DNA of 34,725 nt from Candidatus Omnitrophota bacterium (GTDB lineage Bacteria; Omnitrophota; Gorgyraeia; Gygaellales; Profunditerraquicolaceae): assembly GCA_028719265.1 (NCBI GenBank), contig JAQUKF010000001.1:6463-41187 (forward strand). The letters are read 5' to 3'. The notes beneath the pieces are model-generated. The model ran no database searches. It saw only the letters and a list, made by a program, of their open reading frames with translations, and was not told where the DNA came from. The position numbers and the translations under genes were made by a program. Positions 9,467 to 17,761 of the stretch are shown piece after piece (position 1 is the stretch's first letter; each line of letters starts with the position of its first letter).

Positions 9467-10537
9467 TTATTTTCTTATCCCCCTGAGGGACAATATGAAT
9501 TCGTCACGATTGTCCGCGGCGCCGGCTGCATCTTCCTCGCTGATCTTGCCGTCCTTAACCAGCTTGACCAGAGATTGGCTGAATGACTGCATGCCGAATA
9601 TCGCCCCGTCTTCGATAAACTGGGGTATCTCCCATACCTTGCCTTCGCGGATCAGGCGGCTGATGGTAGGGGTCAAAAGCATGACCTCATAAGCAGGGAT
9701 ACGCCCCGAGCCGTCCTTGGCAGGCACCAGGCGCAAGGAAATTACTCCTTTCAACAAGGACGCTAACTGGTTTCTTGCCTCCTGGTGCTGATGGGGAGGA
9801 TAAAGGTTGATCAGTCTCTCGACGCTCTGGGCGGCGTTAATCGTATGCAGGGTGCTTAAAACCAACACTCCCGTTTCTGCGGCGGTAATCGCGCTGGAAA
9901 CGGTCTCGTAATCGCAGATATTGCCGATGAACATCACGTCCGGGCTCTGCAAGGTAAAAGAACGCAAGGCCACCGCATAAGAAGCGACATCTAACCCTAG
10001 CTCCCTCTGGTTAATAATAGACTGCTTGTCCTCAAAGGTAAATTCGATAGGTTCTTCGGCAGTCAGGATATGCTTCTTGGAATTGCTGTTTATGTACTCT
10101 ATCATGCTGGCGATAGTCGTGGATTTCCCGCTACCCATACTTCCGGTCAGAAGCACGAGTCCGCGCGTCTCAAGGGAAAGTTTTTTTAAAATTTCCGCCG
10201 GCAGATTCAACTCCTCAAAAGTAGATATATGATTGCGCACGTTCCTGATGACAATGGAAGGCCAATTCCTTTGCATGAAGATACTCACCCGGAAACGCCG
10301 GCCGAATTCTTCAAGGTAAACGGCAAAATCCACATCCATCTTGTTCCTGAAAATATCAAGCTGTTTGAAATTTGCCAGTTGGTGGGTAGCGAGCATGACA
10401 TCCTCTACGCTCAAGATATGGTCTCCCATATGTACGATCTTGCCGTCAATGCGCAGGCGCGGCGTGCCTCCCGCCCGGTAGAACAGGTCCGAACCGCCTC
10501 TGGCTACCATCTCCTGCATCAATTTCTTGATATCCAT
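9467..10537 (-). CDS. pilT: Type IV pilus retraction ATPase PilT family
   Basis: N-terminus MDIKKLMQEMVARGGSDLFYRAGGTPRLRIDGKI, Walker A GSMGSGKST, and the PilT-type LSTLHT block. The start is ATG 10537, preceded by GGAGGG. The ORF-track GTG extension was rejected. Confidence 0.85.
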   Translation of the reverse strand: MDIKKLMQEMVARGGSDLFYRAGGTPRLRIDGKIVHMGDHILSVEDVMLATHQLANFKQLDIFRNKMDVDFAVYLEEFGRRFRVSIFMQRNWPSIVIRNVRNHISTFEELNLPAEILKKLSLETRGLVLLTGSMGSGKSTTIASMIEYINSNSKKHILTAEEPIEFTFEDKQSIINQRELGLDVASYAVALRSFTLQSPDVMFIGNICDYETVSSAITAAETGVLVLSTLHTINAAQSVERLINLYPPHQHQEARNQLASLLKGVISLRLVPAKDGSGRIPAYEVMLLTPTISRLIREGKVWEIPQFIEDGAIFGMQSFSQSLVKLVKDGKISEEDAAGAADNRDEFILSLRGIRK

Positions 10538-10574
10538 TTTACCCTCCACAAGGTATCTTCAAGGATGAGTTTCG

Positions 10575-10622
10575 CCTGCCGGCAAAAGAAACAAACCGGG
10601 CCGCGGAAGGCCCTCCGGCAGG
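10575..10622 (-). terminator. Rho-independent terminator after the glycosyltransferase gene, nested in a longer inverted repeat
   Basis: Minus strand reads GGGCC-TTCCGC-GGCCC (10613..10598) followed by GGTTTGTTTCTTTTG. It is enclosed by an outer 8-bp inverted repeat, CCTGCCGG / CCGGCAGG (10575-10582 / 10615-10622). Confidence 0.6.
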
Positions 10623-10641
10623 AAAACCATTATTCGCTAGA

Positions 10642-12135
10642 TTATAGCACTTTATTGCCTTTTAATGTAGGATTAAATTCCATGTACCTTGCAAACATGA
10701 GCCTGCTTTGGGCGTCTATCGCCGGAGAAGAACCGAGGAGCAACACGATGGCCGGTACAAAAAACCACTCCAGGAGCAAAAGCACATTCTTAAGCCAGCT
10801 GACGCCTTTTGGCCTTGGGGGTAAGATTGTCCAGCTCAAGAATATCCAAGTAAGGCTGGTAAACAAGGTAAACTGGAATAATAACCCCGTGATCTTCGGA
10901 AGGTTATAGGCGATAGCCATCTGGCTGAACAACCTGCCTCCGAAGAATATAGGCAGAGGGCCGATGACCATCAGGATAACCGCCCAAACCGCCCAGCTGA
11001 CATGGCTTTCCAGGAGATTGAACGACCTCCTCAGCTTCTTTAAAAGAGGGATTTCCCTGTTTTCCATAAAGCCTTCCGCCACAAAGGGAAAATTCTCCAC
11101 CCCCCAGGCCCAACGCCTCTTCTGCTTGTATTGCACGACTATGGTCTTCCAGATGTTGCTGGAATAAGCCACATCCATGGAAACCGTGATATACAGGGGG
11201 ACTACGCGGTAGTCGCCGTTGTAGTGCAGAAAACTTTTCCAGTAAATTACCGAATCATCCGAAATCATGTTAGTCGGCCAATAACCTACCTCAACCAGCG
11301 TCTTGAAACTCATGCTATGGCTGGAAAAAGTAACGAATTTCTCAAGCCGCATGCTGTCGATCATCTGGCAGAAAGAGCTGCTGATCTCAACCAGCCTGGC
11401 GAAAGACGGCGCCTGCCAGATATTATTGTTATAGACCGGCATCGGCTGATAGCTTGCCTGATGCGGTTTCTCCGAAGTCAAGAAATGATAGCTCAGGCAA
11501 CCGAAATACTCCGGATCCACGCAGGTATCCGCATCAAAACAGGATACTACCACGTGTTCGCATCCGATCCTGCGGGCATCGATAAGTTTTTTGGCTGCCC
11601 CGGCCGCCCAGGAGGCGTTGGCGCCTTTGGTGCGCCCCTCGCCCGGAAGGTTATCCGGGTGGTAGGTGGATAAATAAGAACCAAATTTGGCGCTGAATTC
11701 CTTCTCCAGCGCCAAGGCGTTATCGTAAGCACGGGGCGATCTTTCTTCAAAAGCCATGACCACGATAAACTTCTCCTTAGGATAGTGACTGGCGCTTAAA
11801 GCCTCAAGCGACGGACGCAAGACCTCCAGACCCTCGTTATAAACCGGGAATATGACCAGTTGGTATAAATCCTGCCAGCCTTTTCCGGCAGGCAGGCTCA
11901 AACAAAGCCCCAGCCAATCCTTGCCTCTCTGCCGGGAGATGCGGTGATGCGCCATGATCAAAAGCGTGGTCAAATAAATCGTACGGATAATCCAGTAGAA
12001 ATCAAAACTGATGATCAGAATAGCGCTGGCGACCGGATACGCGACCGAAAGCGCAATGAGTGAGATGATTATGCCCCAGGATAACGCGCCGGGAATAATC
12101 TCAAAAGCTCGCTTTAAAATTATGGCTTTCTTCAT
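10642..12135 (-). CDS. Membrane-embedded processive family-2 glycosyltransferase (synthase type)
   Basis: Two N-terminal and at least three C-terminal TM helices flank a GT-A domain. The domain carries FDADT (DxD), ISDDS and QYKQKRRWAWG (QxxRW). Confidence 0.75.
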   Translation of the reverse strand: MKKAIILKRAFEIIPGALSWGIIISLIALSVAYPVASAILIISFDFYWIIRTIYLTTLLIMAHHRISRQRGKDWLGLCLSLPAGKGWQDLYQLVIFPVYNEGLEVLRPSLEALSASHYPKEKFIVVMAFEERSPRAYDNALALEKEFSAKFGSYLSTYHPDNLPGEGRTKGANASWAAGAAKKLIDARRIGCEHVVVSCFDADTCVDPEYFGCLSYHFLTSEKPHQASYQPMPVYNNNIWQAPSFARLVEISSSFCQMIDSMRLEKFVTFSSHSMSFKTLVEVGYWPTNMISDDSVIYWKSFLHYNGDYRVVPLYITVSMDVAYSSNIWKTIVVQYKQKRRWAWGVENFPFVAEGFMENREIPLLKKLRRSFNLLESHVSWAVWAVILMVIGPLPIFFGGRLFSQMAIAYNLPKITGLLFQFTLFTSLTWIFLSWTILPPRPKGVSWLKNVLLLLEWFFVPAIVLLLGSSPAIDAQSRLMFARYMEFNPTLKGNKVL

Positions 12136-13084
12136 TTGCCTTTTTCATTAACCTTTCCAGTAAATAAAGCTCGGGGCTCAACTCCAGCTTGTACAGATTG
12201 TTATAAAGCGATCCGTCGGACCCCCTCTGAGTATCGCTGAAATAAAGCACCTGGCGTTTGTCGTCGTAAAATGCCTCCCTGGCTTCCTTATTCAGCTGTA
12301 CCAGGTTCACCGCCCTGGCCAGCGCCCTGGCCTCGATCACCGCAACGTGCTTATCGGTCAGAACTATCAGATGATAACTATCCGAATGCCAGAAAACCCT
12401 GATTATCTCTTCCCGGCGGCAATCCAGCGATATAGAGGAATCCGAGTACATATAATCGTCCTGATTGTCGAGAAAGACCACGCCGATCTGACGGGAATTG
12501 AAAATAAACATTTTGTCCTTATCCGGGGATATTCCCCAACCGTCGATCCTGCCGAATTTATCGGGAAGGCTGGCGATATCCTCAAAATTCTTACCCTCAA
12601 GGTCCGACCTGTAAACGATCCTGTTCTCCTCATCCAGATAATAAATCTTCCCTTCTTCAGTATCCGCACGAAAAGAAGAAAACCCGCTTCGGTTCAGCCT
12701 TTCTAAGTCCGGCCGCAAAGGAAAAAGGATTACCTTGTCTATACGGCTGACCTTGCCTGCCTCCACGTCCACCTCCGATCTCCAGGGGTAATATTTCGTA
12801 AGGGTCAAGGTAATCCTGTAAACCCCGGGGATGAGCTCCTGTATGCTCATCGGGGTTTTCTCGCAAAGGGGTTGGCCGTTAAGGTATACATTGGCCCCTT
12901 CCGGCTGGGTCTTGATATAGATAAGCCCTGTTTTGACGAACCCTAAAGAACTCCTGTTGAATTTGTAACCTAAGGCAAACAGCAGGATCAATGGCAGCCC
13001 GCAGAAGAACAAAAACAGGCTCAGATAAAACAGGAGGCTTCTTACTTTTTGAAAAGCCCGATCGCTTTTTAACCAGTTAGGCAT
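12101..13084 (-). CDS. PEGA-domain membrane protein with a repeat-rich C-terminal region that looks like a beta-propeller
   Basis: One N-terminal TM helix, then a PEGA motif (IKTQPEGANVYLNGQ). Later segments such as IYYLDEENRIVYRSDLEGKN and LYFSDTQRGSDGSLY resemble TolB/propeller blades. It overlaps the GT2 gene by 35 nt. Confidence 0.55.
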   Translation of the reverse strand: MPNWLKSDRAFQKVRSLLFYLSLFLFFCGLPLILLFALGYKFNRSSLGFVKTGLIYIKTQPEGANVYLNGQPLCEKTPMSIQELIPGVYRITLTLTKYYPWRSEVDVEAGKVSRIDKVILFPLRPDLERLNRSGFSSFRADTEEGKIYYLDEENRIVYRSDLEGKNFEDIASLPDKFGRIDGWGISPDKDKMFIFNSRQIGVVFLDNQDDYMYSDSSISLDCRREEIIRVFWHSDSYHLIVLTDKHVAVIEARALARAVNLVQLNKEAREAFYDDKRQVLYFSDTQRGSDGSLYNNLYKLELSPELYLLERLMKKANEESHNFKASF

Positions 13085-13341
13085 TTAGCTAGCTCTCTTT
13101 CCAGATCCAGAAGAAGTTTCTTTTGCCTGCTGCCGAACGCATAGCCGCCTATATGCTTATCGCTCTTTACCACGCGATGACAGGGTATGATCAAAGGATA
13201 AGGATTACGCTTGAGGATTTGTCCTACCGCCCTGCAGGCGCGCGCCGAACCTGCCTTCCGCGCCACCCACTTATAACTGCGCACCTGACCTAAGGGGATA
13301 CTTAAAACCGCTTTATACACTTTGGCCGCAAATGGTGTCAC
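13069..13341 (-). CDS. Single-domain MGMT/Ogt-family protein (C-terminal alkyltransferase domain only, active-site Cys retained)
   Basis: 90 aa with TPFAAKVY...IPLGQVRSY...RAVGQILKRNPYPLIIPCHRVV...GGY. The GTG start at 13341 forms a GTGA overlap with the uvrC stop. Confidence 0.8.
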   Translation of the reverse strand: MTPFAAKVYKAVLSIPLGQVRSYKWVARKAGSARACRAVGQILKRNPYPLIIPCHRVVKSDKHIGGYAFGSRQKKLLLDLERELAKCLTG

Positions 13342-14579
13342 CTGCCGATCATCTCCTTCCTGCGCAAAAGCAGATGGTAGCTTAGGGCAAACCTGTGGGC
13401 CTCGTCACGTACGCGGCGGATAAGGTTTAGGGCCGGGGTATCGTAAGGAAAATTCAAGACGCCCTCCTTTTCACTACTATACACAAGCTCCTCCTTTTTG
13501 GCAATGCTGGCCAGCGGCAGCCTAAGACCCAGCCCCCTGACCTGCTTTAAAGCAGCCAAAAGATGCCCCTTGCCTCCGTCGATAAGCAGGAGATCCGGCA
13601 TAGCCGCCTTTTCCCTGAGCAGGCGGCTGTAGCGCCGGCGCACTACCTCTGCCAGCATTTTATAATCGTCGATACCCGCAATATACCTTATGCGGTAACG
13701 GCGGTAATTATTTTTATCCGGATTCCCCCGGCAGAAGCTCACCATGGAACCGACCGCCTGGCGGCCGGAAATATTGGATATGTCAAACCCCTCGATGCGC
13801 TCGGGCAACCTGTTTAAGCCCAGCCTATTCTTCAAATCCTCCAGCTCGCTTTTGCGGTTAACCCCGCTTAATCCGGCGGCAAGCTCGGCCAGGACGGAAA
13901 TTTGGTCGCGTATCTCGGCTGCAGCCTCAAAATCCCTTTCGCTGGATTTATTATGCATTAGATGGCTCAGCCTGCGGACCAAAAAATCCACCCTCCCCTC
14001 CAGGACCAACGCGATATTGTCGATGTTTAGGGCATATTCTTTGCGTCCGGGCCTGCGTACGCAGGGAGCCGGACATAGCCCTATCCTTCCGTATACACAT
14101 ATCTTTTTGGGGAGAGAACGGCAGGAACGGTATGGGAAGCTGCGCCGGATTATCCTTAAGGCCTCCTTTAGAAGCTTAGCGTTAGTATAGGGGCCGATAT
14201 ATCTAGCGGAAGGGTCGGATTTTTTGCGCGTAATGCTTATTGCCGGAAAATCACCGGAAGAAATCTTTACCAACGGGAAGCTTTTGTCATCGCGCAGGGA
14301 AACATTGTAACGGGGCTTAAATTTACGGATAAGGCTGGCTTCCAGCAGAAGGGCCATTGCCTCATTAGGGCACAGCTTGAATTCAATATCGGAAACCCTG
14401 TTCATTAAAGCAAGGGTCTTGTTATCCAAAAACCTGGAGAGATAGCTTGATAATCTTTTTCTTAAGGAATTGGCCTTTCCTACATAAACGATCTCTCCTT
14501 CTGCGTCACGCATCAAATACACCCCCGGAGACTCCGGGGCGGAAGAAACCTTGTCTTTCAGTGCCTTCGAATAATCCAT
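13338..14579 (-). CDS. uvrC: Excinuclease ABC subunit C, short form (no C-terminal HhH2 domain)
   Basis: GIY-YIG block (PGVYLMRDAEGEIVYVGKANSLRKRL), a Cys-rich segment, a UVR motif (ERDFEAAAEIRDQISVL) and an endonuclease domain (IEGFDISNISG...DEAHRFA). The ORF ends right after the HR..RRK segment. Confidence 0.85.
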   Translation of the reverse strand: MDYSKALKDKVSSAPESPGVYLMRDAEGEIVYVGKANSLRKRLSSYLSRFLDNKTLALMNRVSDIEFKLCPNEAMALLLEASLIRKFKPRYNVSLRDDKSFPLVKISSGDFPAISITRKKSDPSARYIGPYTNAKLLKEALRIIRRSFPYRSCRSLPKKICVYGRIGLCPAPCVRRPGRKEYALNIDNIALVLEGRVDFLVRRLSHLMHNKSSERDFEAAAEIRDQISVLAELAAGLSGVNRKSELEDLKNRLGLNRLPERIEGFDISNISGRQAVGSMVSFCRGNPDKNNYRRYRIRYIAGIDDYKMLAEVVRRRYSRLLREKAAMPDLLLIDGGKGHLLAALKQVRGLGLRLPLASIAKKEELVYSSEKEGVLNFPYDTPALNLIRRVRDEAHRFALSYHLLLRRKEMIGR

Positions 14580-14613
14580 GGATTTATCCTTATTCCGGAC
14601 CTTGTTGTTATAT

Positions 14614-16155
14614 CTAATTCCTTAAGGACAGCCAGCGTATAATCTCTCTTAGTTCAGTCACGCCGAAAATAAAACAAAATATGAGATATGACATGGCCGC
14701 ACAAAATAAAGCCCAACCGAGATTCAGGGCGCGGTTAACCAGAAAAGAGACGAACGCCATACACAGAGAAGCAAAGAATATGCGTAAAAAAGAGAAAAAT
14801 ATCTTCCTCTCCCCGAATCCGCCCAGGCGTTTCCCAAGGATAAAGAAAAGTACCAGGAAAGTGGCTATTCCAGAGATAGAGGTAGCCAGGGCCAGTCCCC
14901 CTATCTTTAACGGGAACATTAAAATGGAATTAAATACGATGTTCATGACAAGCGCCAAGAAAGCTGTCTTTGCGGGGGTGACCGTATCCTTAAGCGCGAA
15001 GAAACAGGCTTGCAGCAATTTTGTCCCGCCATAAGCGCATAAGCCGATGCTATAAAAAAGAAGGGCGTTGCTGGTCAAGAAGCTCGAATTAAGATCGAAT
15101 CTTCCCCCGCCAAAAAGAGTACTTACCAACGGGCGGGCAAGGACCATAAAGATCGCGCTTGCCGGCAGCATGACAAAGAATACCATGCGTATTCCCCATG
15201 AAAGGGTGGTTTTAAGCTCATCCCTCTCTTTTTCCAAAGCCTGGGTGGAGAAAGTAGGCAGGATGGCCTGCGATAAAGCATTACTGAAAATGCCTATGGG
15301 GAATTGGATAAGCCGGTAGGCAAAATATAGCACCGCCACCCCTCCGTCTCCTACTATCGTTATCAAGGAAGCGAATACGGAATCTACAAAATTATTCAGC
15401 TGGTAGATACCCGAACTGGCCAGGCGCGGGAGCATCAGCCTTTTGACCTGTTCCAGGCCGGGGTGGTGAAAATTAATAACCGGACGCACCTTAAATCCCT
15501 TCCTGCGCAGGACAGGTATCTGCACGGCCAACTGCAGCAGCCCTCCCAATAAGACCCCGCTGGCCAAACCCCTGATCCCCTCTCCAAAAAGCAGGGCGCA
15601 GACGATTATGGAAATATTTAGAAAACAGGGGGCTAGCGCCGAAACGGCAAAATTCTTGAGCGAATTCAACACCGCCGTAGCATAAGCCGCCAGTCCGATA
15701 AGCAATATATAAGGGAAGATAATCCGGTTCAACCGGATAGTCGCCTCCAGCTTATCCGGGGACGCAATGAAGCCCGGAGCAATCAGGCGCACGATCAATG
15801 GCGAAAAGATAATCCCCAGTATGGTTATGGCGCTCAATATGACCAGCAGCAGATTGAGCAGGAGGTTCGCCAGCTCCCAGAACTCTTCTTTTGAACGCTT
15901 AATACTGTATTCACTTAATACCGGCACGATTGCGGCATTGGAAGCACCCTCACCGACAAAATCCCGGAAGAGGTTTGGTATGCGGAAGGCGATAACGAAC
16001 GCCTGGGCGTACAGGTAAACCCCGAAAAGACGGGCAATGACCATATCCCTTATGAATCCCAGGAGGCGCGAGATAAGGGTGGCCAGGCTGATCACGGTCG
16101 CCGAGCGCGCGACCATCCGGTTATGACTGCCTAGTGAATATTTGCTTGTTGACAT
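14614..16155 (-). CDS. murJ: Lipid II flippase MurJ (MviN family)
   Basis: 513-aa polytopic protein with N-terminal SRLLGFIRDMVIARLFG and FRIPNLFRDFVGEGA signatures. Confidence 0.9.
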   Translation of the reverse strand: MSTSKYSLGSHNRMVARSATVISLATLISRLLGFIRDMVIARLFGVYLYAQAFVIAFRIPNLFRDFVGEGASNAAIVPVLSEYSIKRSKEEFWELANLLLNLLLVILSAITILGIIFSPLIVRLIAPGFIASPDKLEATIRLNRIIFPYILLIGLAAYATAVLNSLKNFAVSALAPCFLNISIIVCALLFGEGIRGLASGVLLGGLLQLAVQIPVLRRKGFKVRPVINFHHPGLEQVKRLMLPRLASSGIYQLNNFVDSVFASLITIVGDGGVAVLYFAYRLIQFPIGIFSNALSQAILPTFSTQALEKERDELKTTLSWGIRMVFFVMLPASAIFMVLARPLVSTLFGGGRFDLNSSFLTSNALLFYSIGLCAYGGTKLLQACFFALKDTVTPAKTAFLALVMNIVFNSILMFPLKIGGLALATSISGIATFLVLFFILGKRLGGFGERKIFFSFLRIFFASLCMAFVSFLVNRALNLGWALFCAAMSYLIFCFIFGVTELREIIRWLSLRN

Positions 16156-16162
16156 AAATAAC

Positions 16163-16190
16163 TAATTATGCTTTAATATACGCTTGTAAA
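16163..16190 (-). promoter_or_regulatory. Weak candidate promoter of murJ close to the ATG
   Basis: Minus strand reads TTTACA (16190..16185), a 16-nt spacer, TAATTA (16168..16163), then 7 nt, then ATG (16155). The -10 is imperfect. Confidence 0.3.
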
Positions 16191-16299
16191 GTTAACTGAT
16201 ATCCCGCTCCCTGCAAGGGATTACGCGGGTGAGCCCTTCATGGGCAAATACCCGGCCTGAAATTAACGGCCGGCACACCCTTCTGGGTAAGGAGAATAA

Positions 16300-16563
16300 A
16301 TGCCAAGGCGTAGAACATCATTAAAAAGCAATCGCGTAAACAAAAGAAGGCATACCCGTAATGTCAAAGCAAAGCTTCAACTCAAAAAAGCCATAAAGCA
16401 ATTCCAGGAATTGCTCGCCAAGAAAGATTCCGTTGAAGCCAAGAAATTCATCAGCAAGGTCTTTTCCCAGCTGGACAAGGCGGCCAAAAAGAACATCATC
16501 CATCCTGGAATGGCCAACCGGAAAAAATCCCGCTTAATGCGACGCCTGGGTAAATCCGCATAA
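16300..16563 (+). CDS. rpsT: 30S ribosomal protein S20
   Basis: 87-aa highly basic protein with the S20 pattern (KKAIKQ...LDKAAKKNIIHPGMANRKKSRL). AAGGAG SD lies 6 nt upstream. Confidence 0.9.
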   Translation: MPRRRTSLKSNRVNKRRHTRNVKAKLQLKKAIKQFQELLAKKDSVEAKKFISKVFSQLDKAAKKNIIHPGMANRKKSRLMRRLGKSA

Positions 16564-17184
16564 ACCGACAACCAGTTTTTCCAACGCAAGGGCAGCTTTC
16601 AACCTGCCCGTCTTTATTTCCACGTCACAGCCAAGGAGCATCTTGAGCTTGCGCCTTGCCGTTAAATTACGGACACCTTGTTTTTCCCAGGCATAACGCA
16701 ATCCCCCCAGGATACGCTCGGGGGCCTCGCCATTCTTCAAAAGTTGTCCCAATATCCTCAAGGCGGAATCGGAATTCCTTAACTCGATCTGCCGGTTTAA
16801 AGCGAACGTGTCCGGTTTCACCGCCTCTCTAAAACGCATGACCTTGGCATAACGGGATAAGCCTTTTATAAAATCATCCTGGTAGTCATAACGTTCAAAC
16901 ACCAGCACCATCACCAGGTGTTTATCCGCCTGCGAGGGACGGCCGAGAATAAAACTGCGACAGGCATCATTCAGGCAGTCCGCCCCCTTGATCACAATAA
17001 TCCTTCTGGCGTTTTTTAAGGGGATAGCCAGGCATCTCTCCTGAAGATCTTTCAATGATATTTCTTTGGCGTATAATGTATCGAGGTTAAAATCCTGAAG
17101 CTCTTTCGGAAGGAATTCCTGTTTTATCTTCTTAAGCTGGGTTTCTCTGGCCTGGGCATCCTGGCCGATAAGTAAATAGACCAT
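16534..17184 (-). CDS. holA: DNA polymerase III delta subunit, compact form
   Basis: Begins MVYLLIGQD..., has a delta domain-I-like layout, and sits directly after lptE as in many proteobacteria. The start at ATG 17184 is 1 nt after the lptE stop. At about 216 aa it is shorter than canonical delta. Confidence 0.6.
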   Translation of the reverse strand: MVYLLIGQDAQARETQLKKIKQEFLPKELQDFNLDTLYAKEISLKDLQERCLAIPLKNARRIIVIKGADCLNDACRSFILGRPSQADKHLVMVLVFERYDYQDDFIKGLSRYAKVMRFREAVKPDTFALNRQIELRNSDSALRILGQLLKNGEAPERILGGLRYAWEKQGVRNLTARRKLKMLLGCDVEIKTGRLKAALALEKLVVGLCGFTQASH

Positions 17185-17185
17185 A

Positions 17186-17761
17186 TCACCATTGTTCGAC
17201 TGTACGCTCGACGATCCGGCGGGCCAGGTCATCTATGGCATTGTTCACGGCCGCCCCTTCGGAGACTACAATATTATTCCCCGGGTTCACCATGGAGCTC
17301 TTGACAAAATAGGAATAATTGCCGTTGAAATTCTTCTCTTCCCAGAGTATCTTGTTCTCCTTATTGTCCCAGAGGGCCAAGTTGACGTAAATATTGATGC
17401 GGTATTCGGTGACGTCCTCGCTATCCGAGGTATAGCTTAAAGGATCCTTGCGGTACTCCACCAGCTCTCCTTTTAAGACCAGGTCCGCCTCTCCTTCTTT
17501 TATCGGTCTGAGGTTGCCGTCAAAGAGATAACGGTTGATTACCTTCTTGGTGATATCCGTTTCCAGCATCGGACGGTAAATACGGTACTTGTTTGCGGTA
17601 TATGACTCCTGGGTCACATCCACCTTATTCAGGAAAGGGGTTATGTATATCGTACTGTATTTGCCGTAAAGCATGGAACGGGTAGTATAGCCGCATCCGG
17701 AAAGGGCAATGGAGGATACGCAGAATAAAACAAACAACGATAAACCAATCTTACTTTTCAT
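17186..17761 (-). CDS. lptE: LPS-assembly lipoprotein LptE
   Basis: Lipobox LSGCGY, size about 190 aa, and a position immediately upstream of holA. Confidence 0.7.
   Translation of the reverse strand: MKSKIGLSLFVLFCVSSIALSGCGYTTRSMLYGKYSTIYITPFLNKVDVTQESYTANKYRIYRPMLETDITKKVINRYLFDGNLRPIKEGEADLVLKGELVEYRKDPLSYTSDSEDVTEYRINIYVNLALWDNKENKILWEEKNFNGNYSYFVKSSMVNPGNNIVVSEGAAVNNAIDDLARRIVERTVEQW

Noticed and set aside
16156-16299. GC-rich hairpins in the rpsT leader, considered as a riboswitch or an S20 autoregulatory element.
   Set aside because: The stems are only short (4-6 bp) and match no known motif. I could not place a convincing promoter, so the transcribed extent is unknown.
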